A DNA stretch of 63,860 nt, counting the filler, from Hausera hauseri (Eukaryota): NCBI GenBank assembly GCA_046269625.1. It is 12 parts of 12 records of this genome, joined end to end, with 100 filler letters (N's around TTAATTAATTAA, not from the genome) between each part and the next. Parts side by side here need not be neighbours in the genome. Positions count along the whole stretch, not along the records: positions 26,301 to 30,249 come from JBJURY010865409.1; positions 30,350 to 35,035 come from JBJURY010475576.1; positions 35,136 to 39,306 come from JBJURY010722769.1; 9 more parts are not named here. The stretch is one strand, 5' to 3'. The notes under the pieces are model-generated. The model was not told the DNA's origin. It searched no databases and was given only the letters and a program-made list of their open reading frames with translations. A program made the position numbers and the translations under genes. Positions within the stretch are counted from its first letter, which is position 1. The number at the start of each line of letters is the position of its first letter. Shown one piece after another: positions 26,301-38,300 of this stretch.

Positions 26301-27459
26301 CCCTTAATTATTGTATTTTAAAATACCCGATTTTTACAGGTCGAGATAAGAAAATCGGGCCGAGTTTGAACAAGAATCTTATTTATTATAAACTATAGAA
26401 TTACTTAATATGATAAGAGATAAATGATTAAAATAACCACATATACCGTATTAGAATTATAATTTTAAAATAAAATGATAGTAATAACTTAGCAAACAAA
26501 TAAAAACTCATCCATAATAATTGTTCATGAGTGTCAACCGTAGATCAAATCTTATACTTGTGTAGTATCACCATAAAATTCAAGTATATATAAAATCATA
26601 AAGAAAAATGAAATCAAATTATATTTACAGACAAAAAATGAGATGAAATTACAATTATACTAAGAAAAACGAGTCTGTCTAGACTGCATCAAATAAATCA
26701 AATTTGTTAATTTGTTGGATCACTCAACGTCGATTGTAAATCAACTGAATAATTAATTCAATGTCATTAATTCAGAATCGTTGCGAAGTCGATTGCGGAT
26801 CAGAGGTAACAACACTCTTGACGATATGTTCCAATGTACTCCACTGATTTGCAGAGGATTTCATAAATATATTCATTGACATTGAAACGTTGTGCCGCCA
26901 TATACTTCAATAAAATGCAGAAATTGTATTTTTGATGAAAGAATTTGACGCATGAATACAAAATTTTTAATTTTTACTTTTTTCGAGCTGTATGGTGACA
27001 CTATGTTTCAAACTCAGTGAAATTCTCTATACATTTGTTTTGAAGAAATGTGCGTAACAATATGTACAGTATATTTTACTTTAGAAGAATGATTTTCAAA
27101 TTTTAATGATAAAAACGAAAGTAAAATAGATGAAAATAATTTGTCAATTGCGTATGAATTATTCTTGTTTTTCATAACCCAAAACAAAGTGACTTTCGAT
27201 TATCATCCAAACGTTTAAAACATTGATCATACACTGTCAAAACCGCAGTGTGGTATAAATCAGCGTATTTCACTAGATTTAGCTAAAGAAATGCTAACGT
27301 ATATTTTTGTCACATTGACCCACACTTACATCAGTGTCAATGTATATTATGATGAAACTGGAGCATGTCTGTGATGATATACTGCATTATGCATATTTTC
27401 ACATAACGACATATAATGTGAGTATATAAAGTCATTTTTGCATCTGATAATTTGTAATA

Positions 27460-28013
27460 ATGACTTCTCAAATCAGACAAAACTTCCACAGCGAATGCGA
27501 AGCGGGTATCAATGATCAAATAAACAAGGAACTCTATGCAAGTTACATTTACATGGCAATGAGCTGCCATTTCGACCGGGATGATGTGGCGTTGTCGGGA
27601 TTTCGGGAATATTTCAAAAAGAACTCCGATGAAGAAAGAGAACATGCACAGAAATTCATGAAGTACCAAAACAAACGTGGCGGTCGAATTGTTTTTAAGG
27701 ATGTGCCAAAACCCACAAGTTCTGAATGGACTGCAGAAACAGCCTTTGAGGCAGCTCTGGCTCTGGAAAAAGATGTTAACGAGGTAAAATTTATAAATTC
27801 GAAAAAGTATCAGATTGAATTTAGTCGTTGTTAAATTTGCATAAAATTGCGCAAACTCACGATGATCCTGAAATGACGGAGTTTTTGGAAGATGAATTCC
27901 TTGGTGAGCAAGTCGAATCCATCAAGAGAATTGGAGATCATTTAACAAATATTCGCAGAAATGGTGATGGACTTGGAACGTATCTTTTCGACAGGTTAAC
28001 GATGAAAGATTGA
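27460..28013 (+). CDS. FTH1: Ferritin (H-type, cytosolic), 170 aa; join(27460..27783,27825..28013)
   Basis: [34 protein letters not shown] and EQV ferroxidase residues. 41-nt GT-AG intron 27784-27824. TATATAAA at about 27424. Confidence 0.96.
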
Positions 28014-28174
28014 GATTCAAAATAATAAAATTTGACTATGAAAATTTGTAACTGAATTTTAAATAAAAGAAATATTTCTGAGTTGATTATCAAATATATT
28101 ATTTTTGATTAGCAATGAGTTTCAATTAGAGTGGCATAAGAAATCAGGCACTTCCGCAGTATCGTGTGCATCTA

Positions 28175-29545
28175 CAGTCGTGGCCATTCGATTAGAAGCA
28201 AACAACATTGATAAAAAATGCTTTAATGGCGTACGATAAAACAACTAAAAATACTGATGATAAAATTGTCACACAAACAAAGGTCTTTAATACAGTAATT
28301 AAATATTTTGTTGGATATCCTCTTGCCTTAAGCACAGCTTGAATGCTACTTGGCATTGATTCTATCAAATAGCGATAATACTCGTCTGAGATTTCCCACA
28401 CCCGCACAAGCTTTAATTTATTGGCGAGGTCTTCTTGGCTTGCTGGCTTTAACTCTCTGACCTTCTTCTTGACAAAGGCCCAACAGTGCTCAATTACGAT
28501 AAGGTCAGGAGGGGGTCTTGCCGAGGAGATAAATACTGATAATCTGAGATTCTAGCTATTGAATGACAATTTTCGCCTTGCGGCATGGAGCGCCATCATG
28601 TTGAAATATAGTCACTCGGTACATGGCACCAATTGTGGTAGCTAATCCTTTAAGATATGAAGGTAGACACTTGAGTTGATTTCGTACCTTCATGCAGTAT
28701 CCAGAGAGCACCATGAAATGGTTCTTTAGCAGAAATGGAACCCGAGAACATGATGTGTTTAGAATCCTTTACACTTTAAGTGGTGTAGCGTGAGCTATAC
28801 CACTATCCAGGAGAACGACGCAACGCAAGTGTTGTAACTGTAGTACAGACTCACCGTACTTTCGTCAGAAAACATAACTTTATGCCAATCTTACTTGGTC
28901 CAAGCTTGATATTGGCGACAAAAATTGAGGTGATCACGCCTGTTCTTCTCAGACAACAGTGGTTTACATGCTGTTCAATATGATTTCAGCTTAAAATATC
29001 TTGTTAGTCGACCATTATTTATTTTAATGCCGGACGTATTGTCTGAAGGCAAATGGGGTGCAATTGAAGTGGCAGAGATGCTAGGATTAGCCTTTTCAAT
29101 GCGATGAATTATGGTGTCAGTTTGCTTGCTTGTCACTATTGGACGTTTTGACCGAGATCTTTCTGAATAGTTCTGTGTGGCAGCATGGCGAGCAAGACAC
29201 TTATGAACAAATGAATGTGATACATTTAACCGAGCAGTTATGACCCTTCTGTCAATCCTTCTTTAATCAAAAGAATCATTTGACCAACTTTCACAGCTGA
29301 AACGTCAGTCTTTTCCCCCATTACGATACAACATTAATGATAGTAAAAACGATAATAGACATTTATATACAGTTTTTTTCATATTATTGATAACAGTATG
29401 CGTTTTATTGGTATAAGTAGGCATTTTATAGGTAAGGTTGTTCCAAGAATGCATTAGATGAATTTAATGAACTTAAAAACTAGTATGATAATACAATTGT
29501 TTCATATTATTGATAAATGTATCGTTATTAATAGTTGCTAATTGA
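28175..29545 (-). mobile_element. Tc1-like DNA transposon, decayed
   Basis: TA followed by CAGTCGTGGCCA TIR at 28173-28186. Transposase remnants from ATG 29321: VMFSDES, FQHDGAP, PDLIVIE.CW, SMP..IQAVLKARGYPTKY. Far boundary uncertain. Confidence 0.85.
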
Positions 29546-29712
29546 ATCTGATGTCCTTTCGCAAAAGTCAAAGAGATGGTAAAATGGTCATTAAAGTCAA
29601 ACATTGTATTGAAAACGTGAACATATTATATTTCTGCAATGTAACAATCACTAATTAATGATTGTAATTTGAATAAGTGTGAGTTTCATGAATTTGCAAT
29701 GATAATGATGAA

Positions 29713-30249
29713 ATGGAACAAATTTCATTCACCACAAGATATTATTCTACTAAATTGGGCACGAAGAAAGACCTGACAAGTGAGAAAATAAAAGAAATCA
29801 AGACATTAATTAAAGAAAGGAGATACTCCACAAGTGAGATAGCGAAAAAGTGTGGTGTCAGCAACTATTTAATAGCAAAGGTTGGTAAACTTATAAATGA
29901 TAAGAAGCTATTCTATGATCGAAAGGGTTCCTGTGGTCGAAAGAGAAAAATGAGTTCTGTTGACATTAGAAGCTTGTTGCGGAGTGTTAAAAAGTCTTCT
30001 CGTACTACTGTCTCCAAACTATGAAATGAGTTGTCTCTATCTGAAGTTTATGTCAGCCGAATAACTGTGTGACGCCGAATTAAAGAGGCCAAATGCAAAT
30101 CCGTTAAACCAAGATTTGCTCCGAAGCTAACTAAGGCAATAAAAGTAGCTCGCCTGAAATTTTGAAAACAACATTGAGATTGGACATTTGCTGAATGGTC
30201 CAAAGTTGCTTTTTCGGATGAGTCTCTGTTTGAATGCAGTGAATCCAGG
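29713..30249 (+). mobile_element. Second Tc1-like transposase, N-terminal half, decayed
   Basis: HTH region (SEIAKKCGVS), GRKRK linker and WSKVAFSDES first catalytic Asp; cut by the contig end. Confidence 0.8.
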
Positions 30250-30349
30250 NNNNNNNNNNNNNNNNNNNNNNNNNNNNNNNNNNNNNNNNNNNNTTAATTA
30301 ATTAANNNNNNNNNNNNNNNNNNNNNNNNNNNNNNNNNNNNNNNNNNNN
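30250..30349. other. Artificial contig linker
   Basis: N44-TTAATTAATTAA-N44. Confidence 0.99.
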
Positions 30350-31850
30350 GTGACGGATCACAAAGCAGTTACAACACTAAAAGGACGAGCTAATAACCCA
30401 ACATGCAGATTAAACCGTTGGATCGACGAAATTTCACGATATAATATTGAATTTCAATACAAACCGAATAACAAGCACGTTGACGCTGATGCACTGTCAA
30501 GGCTAAAAACAAAAACGAGTGCAATCATTACATTAAAGAGACCACAACTTGAACAGCTGATTGAACGACAAAGAACCCTAATATCGGACAAGACGCTTAG
30601 AATGACGGCTGAACAGACTAAAGATACAGTTATTCAGCAGATTATCGAGTTCGTACAAGACAAAAAGATACCGAAAGGACGACATGTGAAAAAGCATCTA
30701 CAGAAGCACGGACATAAATATCATGTATTGGATCAAAATAATATTTTGTATTACAAGCGTAAAGGGAAAAGACTAATTGTACTTATGGCCGAACATGATT
30801 CATATTTAGCCGGACACATGTCTTGGAAGAAGACATTAGAAAGGATATTAAATAAATACTATTGGCCAAGCATCTATATTAATGTAAAGAATTGGGTAGG
30901 AGCATGGGAAGTCTGCGCGACAAAACAAAATAAGACGAAAGGCTACGTAGCAGAATTAAAACTTACAAGTGTACCAGACAGGCCTATGCAAGCCGTGTCT
31001 ATGGACATAGTAAAACCGTTACCAAAAAAACTCACAAGAATAACAGATATATCTTAACATGTGTAGATCAACTCTCACACTTTGTTGAATTGGTGGCACT
31101 GTTAAATCAAAAGGCAGAAACTCTAGCTGACGCAGTAGTTAGGAAAATTATTTGCAGATATTGACCACCAGAACAAATTTTAACGGATAGAGGAAGAAAC
31201 TTTACGAGCGAACTATTTGAAAAAATTACTAAAATATTTGAAATCGAACGTTTAACTACTACCGCGTATCACCCTCATGTAATGAAATGGTCGCGCAGAT
31301 GAACGCAACAGTTATTCGGATATTATCAACAGTAGTGGCAAAAGACCAAACGGATTGGGACTAATTCCTAGAAGTAACACAATTCGCAATCAATACGACA
31401 CCATATCCAGCGACAGGGTTTACACCATTCTTTATGATGTAAGGACGAGAAGCAATCTTACCCCCAGATTTAGACATGACACCCTACGAAAAGAACCTCG
31501 AGGATCTGGAGCAAAACTTTGTTGAAGTTTTGCGGACAAGACTGCAAAAATGTTGGGAAGTTGCAAAAACATTTTCACTTGAATATCAGGAACAAATAAA
31601 AAAACAATATGATAAAAAGACTAAGCCTCATGATCTGCAGAAGGGAAATTGGGTTTATATACATTACCCAGTCGCGAAGAAAGGTACCTCCTCGAAATTA
31701 ACACGTACCGGTAGAGGACCTTATGAAATCATCCGCACCACGCCGACCACGGTCTATGTTAATAAAAATGGTAAAGAGGAAGTCGTATTGATTCAAAGAG
31801 TAGTTAAAACAGATATAAGGCCAGCTAAACACTACAATCTAAGATCATGA
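30350..31850 (+). pseudogene. pol: Ty3/Gypsy pol, RNase H end plus integrase
   Basis: TDHKA, RLNRW, H.DADALSR, HDSYLAGH, YYWP, MDIVKPLP, LTDRGRNFTSELF, TAYHP, GPY, HYNLRS. Confidence 0.92.
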
Positions 31851-33292
31851 GAAAATAAAACTTCGTCGATCGTCACTAAACCAGTATCTTATGCACAGAT
31901 AATAGTAGCCTTATCACTGATTGCTCTCCTGGCGCCTGGGACTAATGCTCAATGGTGGGTAGATTAAACTTCGTTGAACGATATATATGGAATCAAGAAA
32001 AGCGGATTAAAACCTTCACCGCCAAAAGAAGAAACTTCCGAACACAAATCGGACAAAAAAGCTGAAAAATTTTTATGAGCAATAGAATTAGATTATTTTT
32101 CGTCAGAAGCACCATGAGTCGGATTTAAGTTATTAGGACCATATAAACAGCGAATTCAAATAATACTCCATGACTTGTTAAGCCAAGCCGAGTCCGAGTA
32201 CCATTTCGAACCGAACATGATACTAGTTGCTGTAACGTAGAGTACGGACACTCTTACACCCTCAGCTATCGTTCAAATTTGCCAAATTGTAATCATGTAC
32301 AAGCTGAAACAAAGCTGAATGCACGTTTAATTATACCACGAACTTATGGAGACTACCTTGATATAGAGCTGGAAGACATGCTCCAATCCAATGATCCATT
32401 AAAACCGATGCTAGAGGAAAATATAGCCAGCATAACGGAAAATCCGAAGGACAACTGTGTTTAAATAAATACAAAAGTGCGATTAATTAACGGTCGAGTA
32501 ATCACAGTTCAGTTCGTAAAGGAGAACAAAGCAGCTCCGGACCAACAATACTGCCAAATTGACGTCGAACGACCGAAAAGATGTTGCAAGTTACCTCAGA
32601 AATATAAATATAGGATTCAATTAGACTTATATAAAGTTCCACTAAACCAGTCGAGTATTTATTTAGGAAGTTACCAGTTTGGAAATCCAATCGCGCAAGT
32701 TTCGCAGAAGATAACGAGTAGAATTACAAAAACAAAGACTGCCACTCCGATATCCACCAAAATCATCATAACGAGTGGATTATCTCAAAAGGATCTAGAA
32801 ATGATTCCTATAAAATATTGGACACAACAGCGTGAAATAACGTTCATTGGGGAAGAGACCCTTAACTACATTGTAGAAATAAGCTGCCGAACATTACACA
32901 ATAATCAGAAAGTAACATTGGTTAAAGGTAGCTATCGAACCAAATGCACCGGTCTGAAACTCAAAACGGACTATATAATACAAATGAGTGCAGAGAGCAA
33001 ACAAAGTAGAACGTTCGCGGTACGGATTGTAAATGAGATTGTCGTAACAAAACCACTGATTGATGAGAAAACTGAGGATGAAACTACGACTACCGCTAAA
33101 ATGAGAAATTTAAGTAAATGGACAACTTTGTCATTGACACCGATTATTGGAACGTCAGTATTTTCTCTCATAATTTTTATCGCGTTTTGTCGATTGATTA
33201 CCAAACATTTCTGTATTAAGCGCCATAAAATCACTGAGAGGGAATTAAGGATGATGGTACCACAGAGCGTAATCAATGATGGAATAACCTGA
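31851..33292 (+). pseudogene. env-position type I membrane protein: signal peptide, three FN3-like repeats, TM helix
   Basis: In the pol frame: IIVALSLIALLAPGTNA|QWW. Three (L/V)-x5-Y tyrosine-corner motifs; TM IIGTSVFSLIIFIAFC; short tail. Confidence 0.6.
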
Positions 33293-33394
33293 CAACTACA
33301 GATCGGGTTATTCCACCATCAAACAAAGAATTGGTTCACTTTTAGAACAATACGTTGTTTTAGGATTGACCCTTATTTTGTATTTCCTTTCAGA

Positions 33395-35020
33395 ATGGTA
33401 AGTATGATCAGCCGAATTAGTGTCGGCAATTTCCTACAAGAACACGCGACAGTATTTATACCAAAATCAAGATCCATCTACCGACGCATAACCGAAGTCC
33501 TCCAAGCAGAAACTTCAATTAAATTTTCAAAAGTGACCGAGATTTCAAATGGCCTAAAAGGTATAACAGAAGAAAATCGAACCATATACCTTTACGCGAT
33601 GCGTGAAAATAATCAAGCAGGAGCCTACTCACTAAAGGACTAATTCCAAAACTAAATAGTAAAACTAAAGATGTATACATATACCTAGCCGATGAAGAAC
33701 TATATTACAGAATAGAAGATCAACCATGAAACTCCAGTAAAGGGCATCAATACCGATTTAGTACGTTCAGGATAAACAGACAAGATTTAGAAAGTATCAA
33801 CTATGGTCTAGAATTCAGAATAGCAGCCATTCCTGTTAAACTTATGTTCAAAATAACCTACGGAGAAAACTGCAACTTAGGTTTGCCAGTTCTAGAATTC
33901 GAACAAACCCCAATCGAGGCAGAAAAGGACGAAAACCGTCAGTCATATAGGCTAGTCAAGGATGGCCGTAACATAAGGATTATAGCAATAAATTGTGGTA
34001 GAGGAGATGACGGATATGGAATACCCATCGAAATATCTGTTAAAGAAAGAGATGGTATCGAAATCTATTCAACGATCATAAACCCCCGGAAACATGTCCA
34101 AGAGTCGTTTGCAGAAGTGACTGGTTTGAAAAGAGGCCAGCTCATAAAAGGAAAAGATATCCAACAGGTCCGTTCAGAATTAGACCATTGTCTGTTAACA
34201 GGATACAACGTGAAACGGGAGATTGAGCTATTAGGGATATCCGATGCAAACATTGCTAGACTTAGGGAAATAGCCACTCACTCAATAGTCCAAGAACGAA
34301 TGGAGAAAACCGTACAAGGAAGAAATCGGCCAACCGCATCAGAAGCTTTTTTCAAACAATGGTCGAAGCCATGAGAAATGAATCAAATAAAATTCCAAAG
34401 CTCCTAACGGCCAGTCAACGTTCTAAATATCTACAATAAATTTATAAGTTATTAAAGTAGGAACATGAATGGGCCCCCGGAGGCCCTATATACAATTTAC
34501 GTAGTTTCCTGAAACCCGAACAAATAGACGTCATATATAGAAAAAACATCAAGCCCTACTCCCCGACAAGAACAGTCCAACCAACAGATAAACATAGTGT
34601 CATGATTACAGTACAGGAACCTATGGAAGAACAACAAGAAAATAAAACGGAATTAAGGACAAATGAAGAAGAAGACAAGACGTTAGAGGGAACATCAAAG
34701 CCTCCGCAAGAAAACAAAGAAGAACCAAGGCCAGAAACGATAATTAAGAAACCAAAGTTAGAAGAGAAATACCAGTCCAGGAAAACACTATCTATTTATA
34801 ACTATCTATTCAAGAAATAAGAGGATGAGGAACAAAAAGTGGAAAACCAACAAAACAGGCCAAGTACCTCACAGGAGATAGAACCTCTAAAAAAGGGAAT
34901 TAGAAGTCCCATAATAACCGAAATTAATGCCCTGATAGGAAAGAGAATGAAAGGGAATGTACATTGCAGAACAGCTCAAGAATGCTGGTAAATACCGAAT
35001 ATTATAGTACAAAGATAATG
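33395..35020 (+). pseudogene. Extra ORF with inactive DEDD (REX4/RNase T-like) exonuclease fold and acidic tail
   Basis: IIAINCG...IEISV...G.EIYSTIINP...VTGL...LTGYNVKREIELL follows the DEDDh pattern with catalytic acids replaced. Frames 33395-33643, 33844-34374 and 34602-34820 can be joined. Confidence 0.6.
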
Positions 35021-35035
35021 AAGGAAGCCGTGTTC

Positions 35036-35135
35036 NNNNNNNNNNNNNNNNNNNNNNNNNNNNNNNNNNNNNNNNNNNNTTAATTAATTAANNNNNNNNN
35101 NNNNNNNNNNNNNNNNNNNNNNNNNNNNNNNNNNN
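35036..35135. other. Artificial contig linker
   Basis: N44-TTAATTAATTAA-N44. Confidence 0.99.
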
Positions 35136-35303
35136 CATATATAAAAATTTTGGCCTACGTAACCGACAAATTCATAAATAAAGTTCGATAATTTCCGTAA
35201 TCATTGCTAAACAATTTATATTTACAGTTTGGCAATTCTGCATTTTAAATTATTTCAATGACCACGGTTCAGCTTACTGCATCAACCATCGCAGTTCGGT
35301 TTA

Positions 35304-38300
35304 TCACAGTACCGATAGTTGTCTCAATTCCCTAATTAGGTCCGCATTATAGTCGATTTCCTTTATTTTTCTTGGCCTTCCGACCGGTCGTTTCGCTTTC
35401 ATCAGTGGTAAGGTTTCGTCTATATGAACTAAGTTCCTATCGTATTGCTGTTTGTCATCATCAGCCTGTAAGTATTCGAAATACATTTCGGCATCCTGAA
35501 TCCCCATAATTCTTCCGACGCAATGCTCTGCATGTGCTTTTCTCATGGCTTCTTCTTTGGTTTGCTCAGTGACGATTATTGCTATTATTCCCTATTAATC
35601 CCTACATCTGCCAAGGCTTCTAACTCGTCTAATATCCTGCCCTTGAAATTGAGTCCGTAATTAACTCCTTCCCTACCATCCTTATTCATTATCCGCTATT
35701 TTATATCCCCAACGGTGGTATGGGTAGTGCATTCAAATTCCTCGTCGTCCATCCCTTTGGATGATACTTTCACTTTAATTTCTGCTTCTGGTTTGTCTTT
35801 CAATAGTTTGGCGTATTATCTCACCAGGAGCTTGGGTACAGCGCTGTATATGGTGTTTTCCCTGGATAGCTCGGTCAAGATTGGAATCAATTTCCTTAAC
35901 GTACCTTTACTTATGTTTATTTTCAATATACTGCTTAGTTCCTTTCCGCTAACGTGGAATCAAATAGCATTTGTACGTCGAATTTCGTCTTCTGAGTACC
36001 AATAGGCGACTCATAAATTTGTATTGGAATTCTTTGGCTTTGCTGGTTTAAACCTTGGAGATATTCAACCTCTCAGCATTGTTATGCGGGTCCGGTAACT
36101 CTTAGTTTACTAGTGCGGCGTGACCAACTTGGACTCTTTCGCTCAGTTCTCTTATCTGTGGTTGTAATATTTTCATTATGGATATCCTAAATCTATTTCC
36201 GTTTTCGCAAGCTTCTTGTATCATTTTTATTAACCGGCACATTTCTTCTGGTGGTATCAAGGCTTTCTCTTAATAGTTAGTTATTTCTGCAATTCTATCT
36301 CTTTGCCATCTTTGTATAAAGTCCATTTTCTCATTAATTTTAGATTCCGTAAGGGAATACTTGTTCTTATAAATTTCTGCCTCCCTCAGTAATTAGTTTA
36401 GCTCACGTTGTCTTTTTCGGAGCGTAACCGGGTTTCTTTCACCAGACGGATTCGATCCTTTAGTCGTCTGGCTACTACTTCGTCAATTTCTGCCACTTCC
36501 GTTAACAGTAGGATCAATTTGTGCATCTGATTCAATACTTTGGCGTCCGGATCTATCGCGTCCATCAGCATGCCTATGAACTTGGCTTCGTTGGATGTCA
36601 GCTGAAGGTCCTTTCCAATTTCCGTTAGTTCGGTATGGCAATATAGGTCGAAACCTGGTGTTCATCCTGCTGGATTCTGTAAATATTGTAGTGATTGCGC
36701 CAGAGCAATCCGGTGATCGTTACATACCTCTAATGTTTCTATTTCCTGTGCTGAGATTTCCTTTAACGGTTTCTGTATTAAGTTTTGTATTCCTTCACAA
36801 AGGATGTTTACTAAACTTCGCTGAAGATCACTTAGCTTGATTCTTTTTCTGTTGAATTCCTTCCTTTCTATCATACTATATTTTTCTGTTAGTGTTGTTC
36901 GATTTTGATCCTTGCTCATAAATTCAAGTTTCCGGAATGATTCGAATTTAATTCGCAATTTTGCTTCATCTTCCATCGTACCGATGCCTAGTAACATTTC
37001 CCCCAATTGGTGTCTCATTATAGGCTCAACCATAGCGAATTCTTTTAGTCTTTTATTTATTATCCCTGATATGGAAGGCAGCAAATCTATCCACTTTCTT
37101 ATTTGTTTGGATGTTGCCGGTTTAATATAGATTGTTTTGTCTAATGTGTCAAGAGCTTCTTTATTTCGTGATCTGGCCCTCGTGGAAATTCTATGATATG
37201 CTTTATGTAGTTGAATTCTTCCTTATACTCATGTAATTCGGGAAGACAAGTACGTATTTTTCTCTGTGCTTCTGCTTTTTCAGGGTGGACTATGCCGATC
37301 CTTAAGTCGTTGATTTTGGTTCGCATTTCCTTTTCTCTTTCAATGCGTATTTTTAAATCGGGGTATTGGCGAAGGCTATCCTTTATTAAGCTGCACATTG
37401 CTATTAAAGGAGAAATATTGATTTGGTCTATACCCAAGATGGACATAAATCAGTTCATACACTGGCTCATTATGGAGATGAGAAATTATCCCTTTTCGAT
37501 CTCATAAATCAATCCTTCTAAATTACGTCTTATGCGTTTCAGTTTTGGGTTGTCCTTCAGTGCGTTTAATAGTCTTTGCGCTTGATCAACCTGGTAGAGA
37601 AACAGCTCATTTCTATTTTACCACATTTTCGTAAAATCAATCCCACTCTTTACCCAAAGTACTAATTTATTTTGCCAACTTCTTATCAAGTCTTGCAGCG
37701 TTTCTTGGTGTTCGTAAGGTGTGTTATCTCCCTCTTTGTGAGGATCGGGTTTAAGCTTTTTATATAACTTTTCTATGAATTGTTGTTCTTTTCAGGAGAT
37801 ATCCAACTGTTTGCTCGTCTGTTGGAGTTTTTGCAGGCTCTCATGTAACCTTCAGGAATCATTCACTGTGTCTTTTATCTTAATTAGTTCGTTTGCATTT
37901 TTCCAAGATTTTCTAATCTTCCAAACTTAATAGGTTTTTCCCCTTCTGGTTCCTCCTCACTACGTGGTAATGAAAATATTTTATTAATTTCATAGATATT
38001 CGAAACATTCGTTGTTTCGGGAACGCTTTGAGTCATAACCGGAGTATTTAACTCCGTTTCATCTATTAAAATGATGATGAAGTCTTCCTCTTTTTCTAAG
38101 TCCTTTTAATAGGGGATCGGCAACTAGTTCCCTACCTTCTCCTAAGTGAAGGACTTCTACCTCTATTTTTTGTTATTTTGAGTATTAGTGGACCAGTGAA
38201 TTTTCTCTGAATCTCGTCTGTTATTTTGTCCTTATTTTGAGACGCGATATCGGTATCTGCGTCCAAGTCTACACTTGGAGACGTAGTTGGCTTCCCCTCT

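Noticed and set aside
27310-27345. CAGTGT-containing hairpin upstream of ferritin as an iron-responsive element
   Set aside because: No 5-bp upper stem closing a 6-nt CAGUGN loop with a bulged C, and it lies upstream of the likely TATA box (about 27424), so probably outside the mRNA.
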